From Xanthomonas phage RTH11: a stretch of DNA of 40,000 nt. The notes under the pieces are model-generated. The model saw nothing but the letters and a program-made list of their open reading frames with translations. It did no database searches and had not been told where the DNA came from. Positions 35,654 to 40,000 of this stretch are shown here, piece after piece. Each line of letters opens with the position of its first letter. The stretch's first letter is position 1. The position numbers were made by a program, and so were the translations under genes. The stretch is taken from sequence record OQ790161.1; one strand, 5' to 3'.

Positions 35654-36274
35654 ATGGCACTTTTGATTGATGGCGATGCCATGTCGTTTCGTGCGGCGCT
35701 CTATGGCCGACCCGCTGAGACGACAGTCAATTTCCTGCAACAGCAGTTCAACGACCCGTCCCGCGCGTTGAGCTTTGCCAACAACTCGTTCTTCGATCGT
35801 GCACGCAGCATGTTCGAGACCAACTTCAACGAAGAGGCCATGGCCAAGTATGATTCGGTTCGCCGCAATCTGCACACGGTCTGGGACATGGACGACATCC
35901 GACCGTTGTTGACGTTGGATGCAATGCAGCAGGCCAAGCCTGTGATGCAGCGCTGGCTGATGGCCAATCCGTTCTTGCGCAACCTGCACAAGCAAGGACG
36001 TATCGAAGCCTTCGGCGATTCGTACGTGGACCACAAGAACCAAGGCATCGGTGTGGACCATTACGACTGGCGCCTGGCGCGCAACGGCTTTGCTACCTTC
36101 AATGACGAAACCGAGTGGGAAGCAACCACCTACGGTGATGAGTTGTTGGAAGGCGATGTTGAGCCGACGTTCTTGGAAAAGGTGGCTATCGACCAAACGT
36201 GGGCCGCAGCAGAAATCGAGATGCTGTTTGGCACGCGCGATGTGACCTCGCCCGAGAACAATGAGTGGGGATAA
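35654..36274 (+). CDS. Hypothetical phage protein (206 aa)
   Basis: ORF MALLIDGDAMSFRAALYGRPAETTVNFLQQQFND... Confidence 0.6.
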   Translation: MALLIDGDAMSFRAALYGRPAETTVNFLQQQFNDPSRALSFANNSFFDRARSMFETNFNEEAMAKYDSVRRNLHTVWDMDDIRPLLTLDAMQQAKPVMQRWLMANPFLRNLHKQGRIEAFGDSYVDHKNQGIGVDHYDWRLARNGFATFNDETEWEATTYGDELLEGDVEPTFLEKVAIDQTWAAAEIEMLFGTRDVTSPENNEWG

Positions 36275-36283
36275 GTATGTGAG

Positions 36284-36305
36284 CCGGGACCCTTCGGGGT
36301 CCCGG
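36284..36305 (+). terminator. Hairpin with UUCG loop
   Basis: CCGGGACCC-TTCG-GGGTCCCGG. Confidence 0.65.
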
Positions 36306-36339
36306 TAATCGACCGTTCTTTTTCTTTTAGGAAGTAACC

Positions 36340-36753
36340 ATGACGGACGTCGTCCCCACCCTCAGCACGGCCGGATTCGTCTCTGACGTTCCGTCCATGA
36401 TTGACCGTATGCTGGCGTATTACCTCACCAGCGATTTCTCGCAGTCCAACGTGTTCTTCGGTCAAGTCGTCTCGCTGCAAAAGCAGATGCAACAGTACCA
36501 ACACGATACCCTGACCCTTCAGACGCGCATCCGCGAAGAACTGACGGGTTATTTCGGCGGGGCGTTCGATTCGGTCACGGTCAACGTGAGTACCGAGATC
36601 CCCAACCCCGATGATCCCAACCGTATCAACGTGACGGTTGAAGCCATCATTGTCAAGGACGGTAAGTCCTACAGTGTCGGCAAACTGATTGAGACCCAAA
36701 ACTCGATCACCCAGAAAATCATCAACCTCAACAACGAAGGCGTCTCCGCATGA
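36340..36753 (+). CDS. Hypothetical, possibly structural protein (137 aa)
   Basis: ORF MTDVVPTLSTAGFVSDVPSMIDRMLAYYLTSDFSQSN... Confidence 0.6.
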   Translation: MTDVVPTLSTAGFVSDVPSMIDRMLAYYLTSDFSQSNVFFGQVVSLQKQMQQYQHDTLTLQTRIREELTGYFGGAFDSVTVNVSTEIPNPDDPNRINVTVEAIIVKDGKSYSVGKLIETQNSITQKIINLNNEGVSA

Positions 36754-37460
36754 GTTCCAAGCCCGCCAAGAAGGCAACCAAGAAGGTAGCCACCAAGACC
36801 ACCGCCAAGAAAGCGCCGGTCCGCAGTGCACCGCCGAAGGGTAACACCGCACCGAAGCCCGATCTGCTGGCCGCTGGCCTTGCCCAAGCGCAGCAGCGCC
36901 TGCAGGACCTGTCTCCCGAAGAACAGCGCAAGCAAGCCCAGGTCCTGATGGGCCGTCTGATCAGTGAAGTCTCCCGTGTCAGCGCGCAGGCTGGTTTCCT
37001 GCTCAAGACCGGCCAGACCCAGTACTCCGAAGTGACCGGTCGCCTGGACTACCTGGACGCCTGCGTGGCCATGATCGCCGAAGCCCTGCATATCGAACTG
37101 CCCAAGCGCCTGCCGCCGCTGCTCGATGCCACCGTCGAGCTGCTGACCGAAGCCGAAGTGCCGGCAGGCGAAAACTGGGAACTGCAAGCAGTGGCCCATG
37201 CCAAGTCGCATCCGGTCTACGGCAAGATCGAAGTGGTCATCGGCGTGGGTGAAGAAGCCCGTTCCGAATCGGTGGAGCGCATGCATCCGGCCGTGGCCGC
37301 GCGCCTGAAGGAAGCCTTCGCTGCGCGCGAAGCCGCCGGCACGCTGGTGTACGGTTACTTCTACACCGTCCGACTGCACATGGTCCATGCCGGTGCGATC
37401 GACGAGTCCAGCGTTGCGCTGGCTGACGAAGGAAACAGTGGCGATGTCCAACAAGCCTGA
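36750..37460 (+). CDS. Protein with Lys/Ala-rich histone H1-like N-terminal tail (236 aa)
   Basis: MSSKPAKKATKKVATKTTAKKAPVRSAPPKGNTAPK followed by a globular region; 4-bp overlap with upstream gene. Confidence 0.6.
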   Translation: MSSKPAKKATKKVATKTTAKKAPVRSAPPKGNTAPKPDLLAAGLAQAQQRLQDLSPEEQRKQAQVLMGRLISEVSRVSAQAGFLLKTGQTQYSEVTGRLDYLDACVAMIAEALHIELPKRLPPLLDATVELLTEAEVPAGENWELQAVAHAKSHPVYGKIEVVIGVGEEARSESVERMHPAVAARLKEAFAAREAAGTLVYGYFYTVRLHMVHAGAIDESSVALADEGNSGDVQQA

Positions 37461-38031
37461 TTCCCGCGCTCTCGAAGAACCGCGTCGCACCCCACCGGAC
37501 GTACTGGAAGCCATGCGTGAGCTGGCTGAAGCGGACAAAGTGGAAGTGGCTCGCATGTCCGAGCCGATGTTCCGCGAACACATCCTGCCGATGCTCTCCG
37601 CACCGGCCGGTGCGCGTGTGGACCTGACGCGTTGGTTGGAAGTGGCCGGTACGCCCCTGCGTGCCATCGATGTGGTCGATGACCATACCGGTGAGACGAT
37701 CTTCCGGGTTCCGGCCCTGATGCGTACCATTCCCACGGTCGCCCAGCAGGAAGTGAACTTCAACACCATCGTAGTCGAATCGATCGCTCACGAGAACGTG
37801 CACCCGGCCGCCGCTGATCGTTACCTGTTTCAGCAGTTCTCCCGTGTCCGTACCGGTCACACCCTGCTGGACATCCCCACGGCACGTGCGTGGAATGATA
37901 TTCGCAAGCGCTATGATCTGCCCCTGATTCCGATCCCTGCCGGCGACGGTACGTTGGAAACGGGCACCACTCCCACTGCCAGTTCCGGCCACGGCCAACT
38001 GGTTGTCGAGGATGATCAAACCGACTTCTAA
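37444..38031 (+). CDS. Hypothetical phage protein
   Basis: Probable start MSNKPDSRALEEPRRTPPDVLEAMRELAEADK at 37444, overlapping previous stop. Confidence 0.6.
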   Translation: MSNKPDSRALEEPRRTPPDVLEAMRELAEADKVEVARMSEPMFREHILPMLSAPAGARVDLTRWLEVAGTPLRAIDVVDDHTGETIFRVPALMRTIPTVAQQEVNFNTIVVESIAHENVHPAAADRYLFQQFSRVRTGHTLLDIPTARAWNDIRKRYDLPLIPIPAGDGTLETGTTPTASSGHGQLVVEDDQTDF

Positions 38032-38042
38032 CTGGTAGAGCA

Positions 38043-39158
38043 ATGAAGCCTGATTTGTACCTTGCCTCCACTTCGGATATTCACTGCGGTCACAAAAAGA
38101 CCAATACGGAGTGGGTCATCAAAACCCTGCGCCGGGAGTTTCCGGACACTGCATCAACCCACGCGTTGGACTTGATTCTTTTCGGTGGCGATTTCTTCGA
38201 TCAGCTTCTGCACTTGAACCAGTACGATGTTCCAATGATCTTGGAGTGGGGCGGGCTCTTCTTCCAGATGGCTGAAGAGCACAAGATCGAAGTTTACTTC
38301 CTCGAAGGTACGCCTTCCCACGACTGGCGCCAGCAGCGCCTGTTGGAAGTACTGAAGCGATTGGGGCACGGTCGCAACCATGTTCACTTTGTGGATGAGT
38401 TGTCGATCGTGCACAATGAACGTCTAGGGATTGACATCTTGTTCGTGCCAGATGAATGGCGTCCCGAACCGGATGACACGTGGATGGAAGTTCGGCAGCT
38501 GCTGCTGGAGAAGGGCCTTGAGAAGGTGGACTTCACCGTCCTCCACGGGGCCTTTGATTTTCAGCTCCCTGCCCACGTCACCGTGCCTAAGCACACGGCT
38601 GAACGCTACCAGAATATCACCCGCCATCGGGTATTCGGGGCGCACATCCACACCCCTTCCGTGCACGGCAACATCCGTGTCAACGGCTCCCTCGAGCGCT
38701 TGGCGCACAACGAGGAAGAAGACAAGGGTCACTGGCGTGTCCGTTTCAAAGACGGAGAAGTGGACCATGAGAAATTCGTGGTCAACAAGCACGCCAAGAT
38801 CTACCGCACCATTGATTGCACCAAGACCGAATTGGACGATGCATTGACCCTCGTGCGCAAAGAGGTTCAGGCGATGCCCGATGACAGTCACGTGCGTATC
38901 CGTGCGAACAAAGGCGAACCGGTGCTGGCCAGTCTGGATGTGCTGCGTAAGCAGTTCCCCCAGATCCACTGGAGCACCAAAGCCATCGAGACTGAGGAGG
39001 TGCAACAAAACCTCTTGGTCGACCTGCGGGCGACTTACAGTCAAGTCCAGATCACACCGGACAATATCCAAGAGCTCCTCCTGAACCGGCTGGAGATGAT
39101 GGCAATTGATCCGGTGGTATTGGCGCGTTGCCAACAACGAATTGGAGAACTGGGTTAA
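38043..39158 (+). CDS. SbcD/Mre11-like calcineurin-fold nuclease/phosphoesterase
   Basis: STSDIHCGH, LILFGGDFFD, EGTPSHD, VLHGAFD, VFGAHIHTP metallophosphoesterase motif series; 371 aa. Confidence 0.75.
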   Translation: MKPDLYLASTSDIHCGHKKTNTEWVIKTLRREFPDTASTHALDLILFGGDFFDQLLHLNQYDVPMILEWGGLFFQMAEEHKIEVYFLEGTPSHDWRQQRLLEVLKRLGHGRNHVHFVDELSIVHNERLGIDILFVPDEWRPEPDDTWMEVRQLLLEKGLEKVDFTVLHGAFDFQLPAHVTVPKHTAERYQNITRHRVFGAHIHTPSVHGNIRVNGSLERLAHNEEEDKGHWRVRFKDGEVDHEKFVVNKHAKIYRTIDCTKTELDDALTLVRKEVQAMPDDSHVRIRANKGEPVLASLDVLRKQFPQIHWSTKAIETEEVQQNLLVDLRATYSQVQITPDNIQELLLNRLEMMAIDPVVLARCQQRIGELG

Positions 39159-40000
39159 TGAACATGATCCAAGTCATTGTCGACAATCGCGACAAAGGAC
39201 AGGTGCCGATTACGATCGGCACTTCACTCGCACTGGAGGCAGGAGCTGGCGTGTATCCGGACCGTCCGGAGATGCCACCCCCGTTCATGCGAGTCCGGCA
39301 ACTGTGGGTGAATCTGCGCACGATTGTCCGTAATCTTTATGGATGCCTGCCCACTGACGTTAAGGAGTCTGTACTCCCGGACGATATGTGGCAAGCGGCT
39401 CTGGAAGAGCTGTCAGTGATCGAGGCGGCCGTCAAGGAAGCCTCCAAGGGGCACACCCAGGTGGTGTTCTACGTGAGCGACTACAAGCGCTTGCAGGGAC
39501 GTTATCCGGGCGCCGTCTTGAAGGAAGCCAAGACACCCAAACAGATCTTCCAACAGAAACTGGAGGAGACCACACTCCAGCTGATGCTCAAGAACAACCA
39601 TCAGCAGGAAGTGAAATTCTTCGAGTTTGGTATCGAAGGTCAGTATCCGGAAAGCTTCATCATCACCCACTTGCCTGTGGATCTTCTGGCCCGCTACCGG
39701 TTCACGCGACTGGAGCTGCTGGAATCGCACACCGGCAAGATCAAGGGACCGGCGGAGTGGAACACGAAACTGACCAACGGTAAAGAGCTGGCAAACATCC
39801 CGTTCAATGCTTTCACCCTGCAACTCTTCGGGGATAACGGAAACATGTTCTCGCCACAGCCCATCAGTGTTCGCAAAGCCTTCTTAGAGGCAGCCCAGCA
39901 ATGGGGCCTGACCAACGTCTCGACGATGGACAAGGTGAAGAACACGGTGGCCAAGATTCAGAACGACCACCTCCGTGGCGGCCTGACGAAACTGCTGTAA
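39158..40000 (+). CDS. Hypothetical phage protein (280 aa)
   Basis: Frame MNMIQVIVDNRDKGQVPITIGTSLALEAGAGVYPDRPEMPP...LRGGLTKLL-stop; ATG overlaps the previous stop. Confidence 0.6.
   Translation: MNMIQVIVDNRDKGQVPITIGTSLALEAGAGVYPDRPEMPPPFMRVRQLWVNLRTIVRNLYGCLPTDVKESVLPDDMWQAALEELSVIEAAVKEASKGHTQVVFYVSDYKRLQGRYPGAVLKEAKTPKQIFQQKLEETTLQLMLKNNHQQEVKFFEFGIEGQYPESFIITHLPVDLLARYRFTRLELLESHTGKIKGPAEWNTKLTNGKELANIPFNAFTLQLFGDNGNMFSPQPISVRKAFLEAAQQWGLTNVSTMDKVKNTVAKIQNDHLRGGLTKLL

Noticed and set aside
36750-36860. Calling the Lys-rich protein a genuine histone homolog
   Set aside because: Only the low-complexity tail resembles H1; such tails arise repeatedly and carry no homology information.
1-40000. 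CRISPR array
   Set aside because: No regularly spaced direct repeats seen; the repeated short strings are TTCG-loop hairpins in separate intergenic gaps.

Overview
The window is a ~40 kb block of a jumbo myophage that looks like a nucleus-forming, phiKZ-like (Chimalliviridae-type) phage. No search was run, so names rest on motifs, gene order and remembered family features. Left part (1-17.2 kb) is structural/packaging: a leftward tail-sheath-like gene entering from the window edge, large virion-like ORFs, a NUMOD4/HNH homing-endonuclease-like ORF directly abutting the large terminase, and further small structural-type genes. Middle (17.3-24.4 kb) has a PhuZ-like tubulin/FtsZ GTPase gene followed by a run of ~12 small uncharacterised genes. 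Right part (24.4-40 kb) has a structured non-coding segment with a strong terminator, a divergent B-family DNA polymerase palm protein (Kx3NS and SDTDS motifs), a likely chimallin (ChmA) phage-nucleus shell gene, a split RNA polymerase beta-prime N-terminal subunit (NADFDGD), and six tandem small genes sharing an LGxxLRxVLPxA core and an acidic C-terminal tail ending F-[DE]-x-x-F-x-[IV]-x-F-[ED]. Beyond these lie unknown structural/DNA-associated genes and an SbcD/Mre11-like metallophosphoesterase. Least explained by known biology are the six-member tail-motif array, the structured RNA-like segment upstream of the polymerase, the HNH-TerL junction and a possible SUKH/SMI1-like protein. At least three genes, and perhaps five positions, show single-base indels, mostly in short homopolymers, that look like assembly errors and should be fixed before interpretation.
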